64,000 nt of DNA from Dehalococcoidia bacterium (GTDB taxonomy: Bacteria; Chloroflexota; Dehalococcoidia; Lucifugimonadales; Australimonadaceae): the NCBI GenBank assembly GCA_034428375.1, contig DAOUHT010000144.1:1742-65741 (forward strand), read 5' to 3'. Positions 1 to 10,610 of this stretch are shown here, in pieces; position 1 is the stretch's first letter; each line of letters opens with the position of its first letter. A program made the translations under genes and the position numbers. The notes under the pieces were generated by a model. The model made no database searches and was not told the origin of the DNA. It saw only the letters and a program-made list of their open reading frames with translations.

Positions 1-93
1 TGCGCAGTGATGCAGATAGCGGACGCGCCACGGATGCGTGAAGCGCCATCTGCTAGGCTGTAAACAACCTCTTCGGTCAAGGAGCGCAGCACA

Positions 94-534
94 ATGGAAA
101 GCAGCAGCGCGGGAATGCCAGAGAAGGCGGACTGGATTACCAGGCTGATCGCTGAAGTAATCGACGGCATCGCCTGGTCCCTAGCTTTCGTACCCTTTGT
201 CTTGGGTCTCTTCGTCGGAGGAGGATTCCCCATCTTCATAGGGATATTCCTCAGCCTCGGCGCCCTTGTGGTTATCGCCTCCGCGTACCGCGACGGACGG
301 AGCGTCGGCAAGCGGGTAATGGGGACCCGGGTTGTACGAACCGATGGAAGTCCCGTGAGTTGGGGGTTCAACTTCATCGTACGAGCCGTACTGGTCAAGG
401 GGTTGGTCGTAGGCATTGCCGGGCAGATAACGTTCGGAATCTTCACCCTGGTCAACTACCTGTGGCCGCTCTGGGACAAGGAGCGGCAGGCTCTTCATGA
501 CAAGATGGCCAGCACCTACGTGGTGAAAGTCTAA
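94..534 (+). CDS. RDD-family integral membrane protein
   Basis: 146-aa ORF with three hydrophobic segments. Has the Arg/Asp pattern typical of RDD domains (AYRDGRSVGKRVMG ... LHDKMASTYVV). Confidence 0.6.
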   Translation: MESSSAGMPEKADWITRLIAEVIDGIAWSLAFVPFVLGLFVGGGFPIFIGIFLSLGALVVIASAYRDGRSVGKRVMGTRVVRTDGSPVSWGFNFIVRAVLVKGLVVGIAGQITFGIFTLVNYLWPLWDKERQALHDKMASTYVVKV

Positions 535-680
535 ATCGCGCCAGAACATGCCTCGGCGATGGTCTACGCAAGCCCAGGAGCGAGGCTGGTTGCGGCAATC
601 GTAGACGCCCTGCCACGGGGGCTGCACCCCGTGGCAGGGCGTAGAATCCGCGCAACTGTAGCACGCACTGGAGGCCCACC

Positions 681-1277
681 ATGCCGGAATTCCTGGACGT
701 CGTCCGCAGCCAACGGGGCACCGCCTACTACAAGCCAGACCCGATACCGGACGACGTGCTGGGCCAGATACTCGAGGCGGCGACTCGTGCTCCGAGCGGC
801 AGCAACCGCCAGCCGTGGCGGTTCATCGTGCTGCGCGACAGCGAGGTGAAGCGTCAGATGGGCGAGCTGTACCTCGAGGCGCAACGGCGCATGACGGGCG
901 GGACGTCGGCCAGCGCACCGGGGGAGGAGCCCGCACACTTCAGCGGCGCGATGGAGGACGTGCCGGTGCTGGTGATGGTGTGCGTGGAGCGGTGGGAGCT
1001 CCGGGGCAGCGAGACGTACCGCGGAGCGTCGATCTACCCCGCGGTGCAGAACCTGATGCTGGCAGCGGCATCGTTCGGCCTCGGCACACGCCTCACGACG
1101 GTCTGGCAGCACTGCTACGAAGACGTGGCTGCGCTGCTGGGCGTGCCGGACGACTGGTGGATGATGGCGATGACCCCGATCGGCTACCCGGCCCCGCCGG
1201 ACCACCTGGGCGGCAGCCGCCGCAAGCCAATCTCCGAGGTAACGTTCTACGACAAGTGGGGCAACGCGGGGGCGTAA
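681..1277 (+). CDS. nitroreductase family protein
   Basis: N-terminal RRS-like motif and RAPSGSNRQPWRF, characteristic of FMN nitroreductases. ATG preceded by GGAGG. Confidence 0.8.
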   Translation: MPEFLDVVRSQRGTAYYKPDPIPDDVLGQILEAATRAPSGSNRQPWRFIVLRDSEVKRQMGELYLEAQRRMTGGTSASAPGEEPAHFSGAMEDVPVLVMVCVERWELRGSETYRGASIYPAVQNLMLAAASFGLGTRLTTVWQHCYEDVAALLGVPDDWWMMAMTPIGYPAPPDHLGGSRRKPISEVTFYDKWGNAGA

Positions 1278-1287
1278 GGAACGGCGG

Positions 1288-2430
1288 TTATTCCGCCATC
1301 GCTGCGGCGACGGTCTCGACCTCTTCCAGCAGCGCGCTGAGCATGTCGGCTTCCTCGACGATGCGCGCCTTCTGGCCCTTGCGGAAGATGATGGCGCGCC
1401 CGTTGCCAGCGGCGATGCCGACGTCGGCGTCCTTCGCCTCGCCGGGGCCGTTCACCTCGCAGCCCATCACGGCGACCTTCACCGAGGTGTCCATGCCCTT
1501 CAGCATCTCGTCCACGGTGTTGGCGAGCTTGCGGATGTCCACGTCGGCGCGCCCGCAGGAGGGACAGGCGACCATCTGGACGCCCTTCTTGCGGAGGTCC
1601 AGGGCCTTGAGGATCTCGTAGCCAACCTCGACCTCCTCGCGGGAGTCGTCGCTGAGCGAGACGCGGATGGTGTCTCCGATGCCGTCGTAGAGAAGCGTGC
1701 CGAGGCCGATGGCGCTGCGGATGGAGCCGGAGCGCGCGGTGCCGGCCTCGGTGATGCCGAGGTGGAAGGGGTACGGCACCATCTTCGCGAGCTTGCGGTA
1801 CGCCTCGACAGTGGTGTCGATGTCGTAGGCCTTGAGCGAGATCTTGATGAGGTCGAAGTCGAGGTCCTCGAGCACCTGAATCTCCCACAGGCCGGTCGCG
1901 ACCATGTGATCGACGACTGAGACCTCCTCCCCTTCGCCGGAGGCCGATGAGCCCTTCACGAGGCGGTTGACGCCGTCGGCATGCCGGTGCTGACCTCGCG
2001 TGACGCCAATCGCGCCGACCGGCGGCAGGCTGCCGAAGTTGACACCGATGCGGATGGGGATCTGTCGCGCCTTGGCCTCCCGCACCACGGTGCGCACCTT
2101 CTCGGCGTCGCGGATGTTGCCAGGGTTCAGCCGCAGGCAGTCAACGCCCTGGCTGAGGGCCTCGAGCGCGAGCTGATAGTGAAAGTGAATGTCCGCGACG
2201 ATAGGGATGGAGACCTGGCGCTTGATTGCGCCGAGGGCCTGCGCGGCCTCCATGTCCGGCACGGCGCAGCGGATGATCTCGCAGCCGACTTCCTCGAGGC
2301 CGTGTATCTGCGCGACCGTGGCCTCGACGTCGCGGGTGTCGGTCTTGGTCATGGACTGGACGCTGACCGGGGCGTCCCCACCGATCTTGACGTCTCCCAC
2401 CCACACAGGTTTGGTTACGCGACGTGCCAT
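1288..2430 (-). CDS. ispG: 4-hydroxy-3-methylbut-2-en-1-yl diphosphate synthase
   Basis: Full-length GcpE/IspG similarity (VSVQSMTKTDTRDVEATVAQI, IVADIHF, C-terminal CPSCGR and GCEVNGPGE Fe-S motifs). Confidence 0.95.
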   Translation of the reverse strand: MARRVTKPVWVGDVKIGGDAPVSVQSMTKTDTRDVEATVAQIHGLEEVGCEIIRCAVPDMEAAQALGAIKRQVSIPIVADIHFHYQLALEALSQGVDCLRLNPGNIRDAEKVRTVVREAKARQIPIRIGVNFGSLPPVGAIGVTRGQHRHADGVNRLVKGSSASGEGEEVSVVDHMVATGLWEIQVLEDLDFDLIKISLKAYDIDTTVEAYRKLAKMVPYPFHLGITEAGTARSGSIRSAIGLGTLLYDGIGDTIRVSLSDDSREEVEVGYEILKALDLRKKGVQMVACPSCGRADVDIRKLANTVDEMLKGMDTSVKVAVMGCEVNGPGEAKDADVGIAAGNGRAIIFRKGQKARIVEEADMLSALLEEVETVAAAMAE

Positions 2431-2540
2431 GTCCGGCTCCCCTCAGCTTGCTAGCAACCATGATACACCCCACGAGTGGCGCAGGGCGTGAGCGACGAAC
2501 TCCCTGTCCTGTACACCCTGTCCATCCCTGTCGAGTTGTG

Positions 2541-2566
2541 ACACGCGCCCCTTTCGCGGTCGCGCC
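2541..2566. repeat. REP family D element
   Basis: ACACGCGCCCCTTTCGCGGTCGCGCC. Shares 20 of 21 nt with 57838-57858. Confidence 0.65.
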
Positions 2567-2636
2567 GGCCTCGCTTACCCTGCCCCTGGTGTACAGCGAC
2601 CGGCGGGCACAGCCCTCCGCCTCCGCAGCGCCCCCC

Positions 2637-2663
2637 TGTCGCAGATTGTCGCAACTTGTCGCA
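2637..2663. repeat. three direct TGTCGCA heptamers at exact 10-bp phasing
   Basis: TGTCGCAgat TGTCGCAact TGTCGCAtcg (starts 2637, 2647, 2657). A degenerate TGTCGTC sits at 2678. Lies in the rseP-ispG intergenic region. Confidence 0.7.
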
Positions 2664-2786
2664 TCGCCGCTGCATTCTGTCGTCCGTGCCGTTGCTGAGC
2701 GTAGCCCGATCGTTGCGCAGAGCAAGGCCATCTACGAGTGAAAGCAGCACATTGCAACAAACAGAAAACGCAGAGATGCCCCGGGG

Positions 2787-4067
2787 TCATGCGAAGAGGC
2801 GTTGGATGTCGTTCACGGAGATCATGACTATCGCGCCGATGAGGAGGGCGAAGCCGGCGGCGTGGACGAAGCGCTCCTTCTCCGGTGCGAGGCGGCGTCC
2901 GCCCCGCACGATCTCCAGGAGCACGAAGGCGATGCGCCCGCCGTCCAGCGCGGGGAAGGGAATGAGGTTGATGATGGCGAGGTTGATGGAGAGCAGCGCC
3001 GTCCAGAGGATGAGCGGGCTGATGCCGGATTCAGCCACGTCGCCCGTCATCTGCGCGATGCCGATGGGTCCGGCGACCTGGATGGAGGACGCGCCCGCTA
3101 TCCAGCGCGAGACCTCGTTGCGGAAGAGCAGGAGTATCTCGCCGATCTGCATGAAACTCGCACGGAACGCGGCCAGCGGGCCCATCGAGCGCGTCCCCTC
3201 GGGGTAGGCCTCGACGGTCAGCCCGTCGAGCGCGTCCTCGTCCGGCGGCAGTTCCAGCGTCACGATGCGTCCCTGCCGCAACACCTCCACCGGCACCTGT
3301 TCGGAAGGGGCCTCTTGCACGACAGCGGCGAGGGCGGCCTGCGGACTGCCCTCGTTCAGCACGCGGCGGCTACCGATCGAGAGGAGAAGGTCGCCGGGAA
3401 GCAGGCCGCTCTGTGCAGCCGTCGAACCGAAGGCGACGGACGCGACGGTGAGGCGGGCGTCGGTGAGGAAGATACCGACGGCGCCCTGCCCTTCGGGCGG
3501 GTCGACGCGCACGTCCGGGATGCGCAGGGCGACGAGCCGGCCACGGCGCTCGACCGTCCATGCCGTGTCCGCGCCCAGGCGGAGGTTGATGGCTATGAGG
3601 AGGTCGGACGAGTTGTCGATGCGCCTGCCGTCGGCCTCGCGGACGAGGTCTCCCGCCTCCACGCCCGCCTGCTCGGCGGGCGACCCGGGGGCGACGCTAA
3701 GGACGGTCACGTCCGTCACCGGCACCGGCTGAGGAGTCATGAAGACGACGGTGAGGAGGACGATGGGAAGCAGGGCGTTCATCGCGGAGCCTGCACCGAG
3801 GATGAACAGCCGCTGCCAGGCAGCCTTGCCCGCGAAGCTCGCAGGCGCTGTAGGGTCTTCCTCGTCGAGCATGCGCACGAATCCACCGAAAGGGAGGAAA
3901 TTGAGCGAGTAGGTGGTGCCGCCGCGCGTGAAGCCGAACGCGCGCGGCGGCATGCCGACGCCGAACTCCAGCACCTGAACCCGGGCGAGTTTCGCGGCGA
4001 AGAAGTGCCCCAGCTCATGCACGATGATGAGTGAGCCGAGGACGACGAGGAAGAGAAGGACGGTCAT
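2787..4067 (-). CDS. rseP: RIP (site-2) zinc metalloprotease, M50 family
   Basis: HELGH motif at the N-terminus, central PDZ-like region, C-terminal LNLIPFPALDGG motif. Sits in the conserved dxr-rseP-ispG neighbourhood. Confidence 0.9.
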   Translation of the reverse strand: MTVLLFLVVLGSLIIVHELGHFFAAKLARVQVLEFGVGMPPRAFGFTRGGTTYSLNFLPFGGFVRMLDEEDPTAPASFAGKAAWQRLFILGAGSAMNALLPIVLLTVVFMTPQPVPVTDVTVLSVAPGSPAEQAGVEAGDLVREADGRRIDNSSDLLIAINLRLGADTAWTVERRGRLVALRIPDVRVDPPEGQGAVGIFLTDARLTVASVAFGSTAAQSGLLPGDLLLSIGSRRVLNEGSPQAALAAVVQEAPSEQVPVEVLRQGRIVTLELPPDEDALDGLTVEAYPEGTRSMGPLAAFRASFMQIGEILLLFRNEVSRWIAGASSIQVAGPIGIAQMTGDVAESGISPLILWTALLSINLAIINLIPFPALDGGRIAFVLLEIVRGGRRLAPEKERFVHAAGFALLIGAIVMISVNDIQRLFA

Positions 4068-4088
4068 GGCAATGAACGGGACGGAGCG

Positions 4089-5213
4089 CTAGCCGACGCC
4101 CGCCGCTGCCGCTGCCTCGCGTCGCGCCCACGCGTCGGCCTCGAGCACGGCCTCTGGCGTCGAGGCATCGAACGACTCGTGCCTGTCGAGCACGCTCTGC
4201 ACGATGCGGTGGATGTCGCCGAACCCGATTCGGCCGTCGAGGAAGTAGTGCACGGCCTCCTCGTCGGCGGCGCTGAGCACGGCCGGATAGGTCTGCTCCC
4301 TGCGCCCCGCCGCGACCGCAGTGGCGAAGCACGGATAGCGCGCAGGGTCGAGCGGCTCGAAGGTGAGCGACGGCCACGCGAGGGGGTCGTAGCGCGGCAG
4401 CTTGCCGTTGTCGAGGCGCGCAGGGTAAGCGAGTGCCGCCTGGATGGGGAGCCGCATGTCCGGCGGGCCCATCTGCGCCTTCACGGAGCCGTCCGTGCAC
4501 TCGATCATCGAGTGGATGACGCTCTGGGGGTGGACGACCACGTCTATCCGGTCGAACGGGATGTCAAAGAGCCAGCGGCTCTCGATGACCTCGAAGCCCT
4601 TGTTCATCAGCGTGGAGGAGTCGATGGTAATCTTGCGTCCCATGACCCAGGTGGGGTGTGCGAGCGCCTCGGTTGGGGTGACGCCGGCTATCTCGTCCAG
4701 CGGGCGGGTTCGGAACGGGCCACCGGACGCGGTGATGATGAGCCTGCGCACCGGCTCGTCCTCGCCGCGCATGCACTGCCAGATGGCGGACGGTTCGCTG
4801 TCGACGGGCAGGAGCGGTGCGCCGTGTTTTGCGGCGGCGCGGGTGACGAGCTCGCCCGCCATGACGACGACCTCCTTGTTGGAGAGCGCGACGGCCTTCC
4901 CGGCGCGGAGTGCGTTCAGCGTGGGTACGAGGCCCGCGCGGCCCGTCGTTGCCACCATCACGAGGTCGACGTCAGGCTCGGTGACCATCTCCTCGGGCGG
5001 CACGAGCGACGCGCCGTCGCCGCCGACGCTGTCGCGTCCTTCTTCGCACCAGACCATACGTGGCTTGAACTCGGCGACCTGCTCGGCGAGCAGGCCGAGG
5101 TTGCGCCCGGCCGACAGCCCCGCGACGCGGAAGTCGTCCGGCAGCGCGCGCACGACGTCGAGCGTCTGCGTGCCGATGGAGCCGGTCGAGCCGAGTACGA
5201 CGATGTTCTTCAT
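4089..5213 (-). CDS. dxr: 1-deoxy-D-xylulose 5-phosphate reductoisomerase
   Basis: Begins MKNIVVLGSTGSIGTQTLDV, the classic Dxr NADPH motif. I trimmed the track ORF (to 5399) to the internal ATG at 5213, because the upstream 62 aa are Arg/Ala-rich and overlap the cytochrome c gene. Confidence 0.9.
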   Translation of the reverse strand: MKNIVVLGSTGSIGTQTLDVVRALPDDFRVAGLSAGRNLGLLAEQVAEFKPRMVWCEEGRDSVGGDGASLVPPEEMVTEPDVDLVMVATTGRAGLVPTLNALRAGKAVALSNKEVVVMAGELVTRAAAKHGAPLLPVDSEPSAIWQCMRGEDEPVRRLIITASGGPFRTRPLDEIAGVTPTEALAHPTWVMGRKITIDSSTLMNKGFEVIESRWLFDIPFDRIDVVVHPQSVIHSMIECTDGSVKAQMGPPDMRLPIQAALAYPARLDNGKLPRYDPLAWPSLTFEPLDPARYPCFATAVAAGRREQTYPAVLSAADEEAVHYFLDGRIGFGDIHRIVQSVLDRHESFDASTPEAVLEADAWARREAAAAAGVG

Positions 5214-5233
5214 GGCTGGCCTGCCGTCCGCCT

Positions 5234-5581
5234 TCAGTAGATGCCACCCGCGCGCTGCTGCTCGCGGATGTACAGGATGATATGCTCCAACTCCTCGTCC
5301 GTGACTCCCACTATAGGCGGCATGTCTCCAAAGAACCAGTGATGCGATGGAACGCCGTTGCGCACCGCGCGGCGGATAGAGTGGTCGTCGTGGTGCCACG
5401 GCACATAGTATCCGTGGACGAGCGGCGGGCCGCTCTCGGTACCCAGCGCGCCTGTACCGTGACAGGTCGCGCAGTTGGCATCGAAGGCCCCCTGCCCCGA
5501 CGGAGCTTCCTCACCGCATGCCAGGGCTCCCATCAGAAGGAGGAGCGCCAGCCCGCCCAGTACCGCGTGTCGGCCGTTCAT
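5234..5581 (-). CDS. small secreted class-I c-type cytochrome
   Basis: Signal peptide ending LAC and a single CATCH (CxxCH) haem-binding motif. 115 aa. Confidence 0.75.
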   Translation of the reverse strand: MNGRHAVLGGLALLLLMGALACGEEAPSGQGAFDANCATCHGTGALGTESGPPLVHGYYVPWHHDDHSIRRAVRNGVPSHHWFFGDMPPIVGVTDEELEHIILYIREQQRAGGIY

Positions 5582-5587
5582 GGGCCT

Positions 5588-6274
5588 TCACCAGACCCGT
5601 GAGGCGAGATAGACAAGGGGGAATACCGGAATCAGACTGTCCAGGCGGTCGAACAGGCCACCGTGGCCGGGGATGAGGCGTCCGGAGTCCTTCACGTCCG
5701 CCATACGCTTGACCTTCGACTCCAGCAGGTCGCCCGCCTGCGCAACGACGCCGATTCCCAGCCCCAGCGCGACCGCCGGAAGGATGAGACTCTCGATGCC
5801 GTCGAAGAGGGCGACGAGCGCGGCCGCAGCGGCAGCGGCGCCAACCAGTCCCCCTATCGCACCTTCCCACGTCTTGCCGGGCGATATGGACGGCGCAAGC
5901 TTGCGGCGTCCCACCGCTCTGCCTACGGCATAGGCGCTCGTGTCGGTCGCGAATGTCACGAGGAATGCGAGCGCCGTCCACTGCAGGTCGGCATCGTCGT
6001 GGAGGCGCAGGGCGATCAGCGCCGCGAACGGCAGGGCGACGTAGGCGACGCCCGCGAGGACCCACACACCATCGAGGAGAACTGGCCCTCCGCCGCGTAT
6101 CGTCCGGGCGCGGCGCAGCAGATCGAGCATCTCGCGGAGCGCAATCAGCGCCGCGACGACTGCGACAGCTGCGAATACGAGCCCTCCGATCCAGAGCACG
6201 AGGAAGAGGAGAGGGAGCCCGACTGCCGCACTGGCGACGCGGAGGCGCAGGTCGCTCCGCGGGGGGGCGCTCAT
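5588..6274 (-). CDS. cdsA: phosphatidate cytidylyltransferase
   Basis: Multi-TM protein with the CDS signature GDLLESKVKRMADVKDSGRLIPGHGGLFDRLDS. Confidence 0.9.
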   Translation of the reverse strand: MSAPPRSDLRLRVASAAVGLPLLFLVLWIGGLVFAAVAVVAALIALREMLDLLRRARTIRGGGPVLLDGVWVLAGVAYVALPFAALIALRLHDDADLQWTALAFLVTFATDTSAYAVGRAVGRRKLAPSISPGKTWEGAIGGLVGAAAAAAALVALFDGIESLILPAVALGLGIGVVAQAGDLLESKVKRMADVKDSGRLIPGHGGLFDRLDSLIPVFPLVYLASRVW

Positions 6275-7017
6275 CAGTCCTCTTTGGGCAGAGCGCCGAA
6301 CCGGCGGCGGCGGCGCTTGTACTCGTTGAGAGCGCGCTCCACTTCCACGTCGTCAAAGTCGGGCCAGTAGACGGGGGTCTGGTAGTACTCGCTGTAGGCG
6401 GCCTGCCAGATAAGGAAGTTGCTGAGGCGCTGCTCTCCGGCGGTGCGGATGATGAGGTCAGGGTCAGGCACGTCGGGCAGGTAGAGGTTCTCGCGGATGA
6501 GGTCCTCGGTGACTTCGTGCGGTTCAACGCCCGCGGCCACGATGCGGCGTACGGCGCGGACCATCTCCGTCCGCCCGCCGTAGTCGAAGGCGACGCAGAG
6601 GCTCATGCCGGTGTTGCTTGCGGTGCGTTTCACTGCCTCGCGAGTAGCGTCGGCAAGGCTCGCGGGTATCTGGTCGAGCTCCCCGAGGTGGCGGATGCGA
6701 ATGTTGCGCTTGTGCAATTCGTCCACGCACTCGCCGATGACGGACTGCATGAGTTCCAGCAGCCCGGTGACCTCGGCGGTGGGGCGGTTCCAATTCTCGG
6801 TGGAGAAGGCGAAGAGCGTCACGAACTCGACGCCGGCGGAATCGAGCGTCTGGAGGACGCTTTGCAGGTTATCTGCGCCCGCCCGGTGACCGGCGAGACG
6901 CGGCAACCCCCGCTCGTTCGCCCACCGGCCGTTGCCGTCCATGATGATGGCGATATGCCTGGGGGCGCCGGGGTCTGCGTGAAGCGATGCGCTCCTCTCA
7001 GGTACGGCGCGCGTCAT
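6274..7017 (-). CDS. uppS: isoprenyl (undecaprenyl) diphosphate synthase
   Basis: HIAIIMDGNGRWA and RTAGEQRLSNFLIWQAAYSE motifs of cis-prenyltransferases. Confidence 0.92.
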   Translation of the reverse strand: MTRAVPERSASLHADPGAPRHIAIIMDGNGRWANERGLPRLAGHRAGADNLQSVLQTLDSAGVEFVTLFAFSTENWNRPTAEVTGLLELMQSVIGECVDELHKRNIRIRHLGELDQIPASLADATREAVKRTASNTGMSLCVAFDYGGRTEMVRAVRRIVAAGVEPHEVTEDLIRENLYLPDVPDPDLIIRTAGEQRLSNFLIWQAAYSEYYQTPVYWPDFDDVEVERALNEYKRRRRRFGALPKED

Positions 7018-7024
7018 GAGCGGC

Positions 7025-7600
7025 CTAGACCTCCATCAACTCGGCTTCCTTCTTGTTGCTGACCTCGTCCGCCCTGGCGATGTGCTCATCCGTGGTCTTC
7101 TGGAGCTGGTCCTGATCGCGGCGGAGGTCGTCCTGGGATATCTCCTTGTTCTTCTCGAGGCCCCGCAGGTGTTCGAGGGCGTCGCGGCGGACGTTCCGGA
7201 TAGCGACATGCGTGTCCTCGCGGAACTTGTGCAAGCGCTTGACCATCTCCTGGCGGCGCTCCTGCGTCATCATGGGGATGGGCAGGCGGATCACCGTGCC
7301 GTCGTTACTGGGCGTCATGCCGAGGTCGGCGCGCATCAGTTCCTTTTCGATGGCGCCGAGCGTGGAGCGGTCGAACGGCTGCACGACGAGGAGGCGCGGG
7401 TCCGGCGCGTTGACGGTCGCGACCTGGTTGAGGGGCATCGCCGCGCCGTACAGCTCGACCCGGACGGAATCGAGCATAGCAGCGTTGGCGCGTCCCGTGC
7501 GGATAGTGTCGGCCTCGTGGCGAAGCACCTCGACGGACTTGTCCATCCGCTCCGCCGCGTCCTCCAGGATGAGTTGCACTTCTTCGTTGTCGTCAGCCAT
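7025..7600 (-). CDS. frr: ribosome recycling factor
   Basis: Full-length Frr similarity (RTGRANAAMLDSVRVELYG ... ISQDDLRR). Confidence 0.93.
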   Translation of the reverse strand: MADDNEEVQLILEDAAERMDKSVEVLRHEADTIRTGRANAAMLDSVRVELYGAAMPLNQVATVNAPDPRLLVVQPFDRSTLGAIEKELMRADLGMTPSNDGTVIRLPIPMMTQERRQEMVKRLHKFREDTHVAIRNVRRDALEHLRGLEKNKEISQDDLRRDQDQLQKTTDEHIARADEVSNKKEAELMEV

Positions 7601-7628
7601 GTGCGAGCCTCTCCGATCGTCCTGCCGG

Positions 7629-8886
<1,258 letters not shown>

Positions 8887-8914
8887 TGGTTACCTCGCTA
8901 CTCTATGGAGTGGG

Positions 8915-9814
8915 TTACTCTTCCCCTTCAGTCTGCTCAGTCTGCGTTACGTCCGCAGGCGGGATCTCATCCTCGGCGACGGCGACTTCGTCTTCAGAGG
9001 CGGCTTCCTCATCGCCCTCGAGGACCTCTTCCGGTTCGATCGGCTCGTCCACGACCTGGCTGTAGCCGCCGCGCGACGCGAGCCACTCGTTGTGGCCGGC
9101 CTGCGCGGAGCGCGCGATGTGGCCGGAGACGAGGCGGATGGAGCGTATGGCGTCGTCGTTGCCGGGGATGGGCCAGTCGATGCCGGTGGGGTCGCAGTCG
9201 GTGTCGACGAGGGCGATGATGGGGATGCCTGCACGCCGGGCCTCGGCGACGGCGATGTTCTCACGGCCCACGTCCACGATGAAGAGCGCGCCGGGGAGGT
9301 TCGTCATGTCCTTGATGCCGCCGAGGTAGCGGTTCAGCTTCTCGATGGCGGCGTCGAGCTTCAGGGCTTCCTTCTTGAGGAGGCGGTTGAACTCGCCGCG
9401 GGCTTTGCGCTCTTCCAGGTTCACCAGGTGGTCGATACGCGTCTGGATGGTGGCGAAGTTGGTGATAGTGCCCCCGAGCCAGCGCTGGTTGATGTAGTAC
9501 TGCCCGGCGCGCATGGCCTCTTCCTTGACGGACTCCTGTGCCTGCTTCTTCGTTCCCACCATGAGGATGCGCTTGCCCGTGGAGGCAATCTCCGTTGCGA
9601 ACGCGCACGCCTGTTCCAGCAGTTCCATGGTCTGCTGAAGGTCAACGATATGGATCCCATTGCGCTGGGCAAAAATAAAGCGCCGCATCCGGGGGTTCCA
9701 CCTGTGCGTCTGATGACCGAAGTGGACGCCTGCCTCAAGCAGCGCTCGCATGCTGAGTGACTCGTCCCCCTGAGGCGCAACCTCACGAGGCGCGTCGGAC
9801 TGTACTTGTACCAT
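8915..9814 (-). CDS. rpsB: 30S ribosomal protein S2 with acidic C-terminal extension
   Basis: [19 protein letters not shown] core. ATG at 9814 preceded by AAAGGCAGG. C-terminal ~45 aa are Glu/Asp-rich. Confidence 0.92.
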   Translation of the reverse strand: MVQVQSDAPREVAPQGDESLSMRALLEAGVHFGHQTHRWNPRMRRFIFAQRNGIHIVDLQQTMELLEQACAFATEIASTGKRILMVGTKKQAQESVKEEAMRAGQYYINQRWLGGTITNFATIQTRIDHLVNLEERKARGEFNRLLKKEALKLDAAIEKLNRYLGGIKDMTNLPGALFIVDVGRENIAVAEARRAGIPIIALVDTDCDPTGIDWPIPGNDDAIRSIRLVSGHIARSAQAGHNEWLASRGGYSQVVDEPIEPEEVLEGDEEAASEDEVAVAEDEIPPADVTQTEQTEGEE

Positions 9815-9906
9815 GGGACCTGCCTTTCTGTCGGTCTGAGAGATGTCCGCGGGGCTCGACGTTCCCCACGGCTACGCCTGAGCGTGCTGCGCCAAGGCGC
9901 AGGGCG

Positions 9907-9915
9907 ATTGTAGCA
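9907..9915 (-). promoter_or_regulatory. extended -10 element upstream of rpsB
   Basis: Minus strand reads TGCTACAAT, about 90 nt upstream of the rpsB ATG. No good -35. Confidence 0.3.
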
Positions 9916-10018
9916 CAGGGACACTCGCAGGCGCTCGTGTGGAGGAGCCGGGCGGGGCTGCCCCCGATTGCGCCTCCGTTAGCATTATGCAAAGGTCTGC
10001 CCCGGACAGGAGCGAACG

Positions 10019-10537
10019 ATGACAGCAGACTACGAAAGCCTCATCCGGGCGATACCGGACTTCCCGCAGCCCGGAATCCTCTTCCGCGACATCACGCCGC
10101 TGCTGGGCGACAGCGAGGCGCTACGGGCAGTAGTGCAGGATCTCGCCGCGCCGTTCCGAGAGCAACGTATCGACCGCGTCGCCGGGATCGAGGCCCGTGG
10201 GTTCCTCTTCGGTGCCCCGCTGGCTATCGAGCTGGGTGCAGGGTTCGTTCCGATGCGGAAGGAGGGCAAGCTGCCCCACGAGACGTTCTCCGCCCGGTAC
10301 GAGCTGGAGTACGGCGACGCCGCCATAGAGCTGCACCAGGACGGCCTGCAGCCCGGTGACAACGTGCTGCTGGTGGACGACGTGCTGGCCACCGGAGGAA
10401 CGATGGCAGCGGCGGTGGAACTCGTGCAGCAGACAGGGGCGAACGTCGCGGGCATCCTGACGCTCATCGAACTCACGGCGCTGAACGGTCGGGCACGGCT
10501 GCCGGACCACGACGTGGTGGCGCTGATCCGCTACTAA
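10019..10537 (+). CDS. apt: adenine phosphoribosyltransferase
   Basis: IPDFPQPGILFRDITPLL and PRPP-binding VLLVDDVLATGGT motifs. Confidence 0.93.
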   Translation: MTADYESLIRAIPDFPQPGILFRDITPLLGDSEALRAVVQDLAAPFREQRIDRVAGIEARGFLFGAPLAIELGAGFVPMRKEGKLPHETFSARYELEYGDAAIELHQDGLQPGDNVLLVDDVLATGGTMAAAVELVQQTGANVAGILTLIELTALNGRARLPDHDVVALIRY

Positions 10538-10610
10538 CCCCGTCCCTGATTTGACACGCGCAGAAGGGCACACAGACAATCCGCCCAAGTACGAGCGGGG
10601 GAGCGAACTC

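Noticed and set aside
5214-5399. N-terminal extensions of track ORFs: dxr to 5399, ctaB to 21642, trkH to 60475, thiolase from 10551, the NMT1-like gene from 48380
   Set aside because: The extensions overlap neighbouring well-supported genes or are Arg/Pro-rich with no similarity. Internal starts coincide with family-typical N-termini and with RBS or coupling signals.
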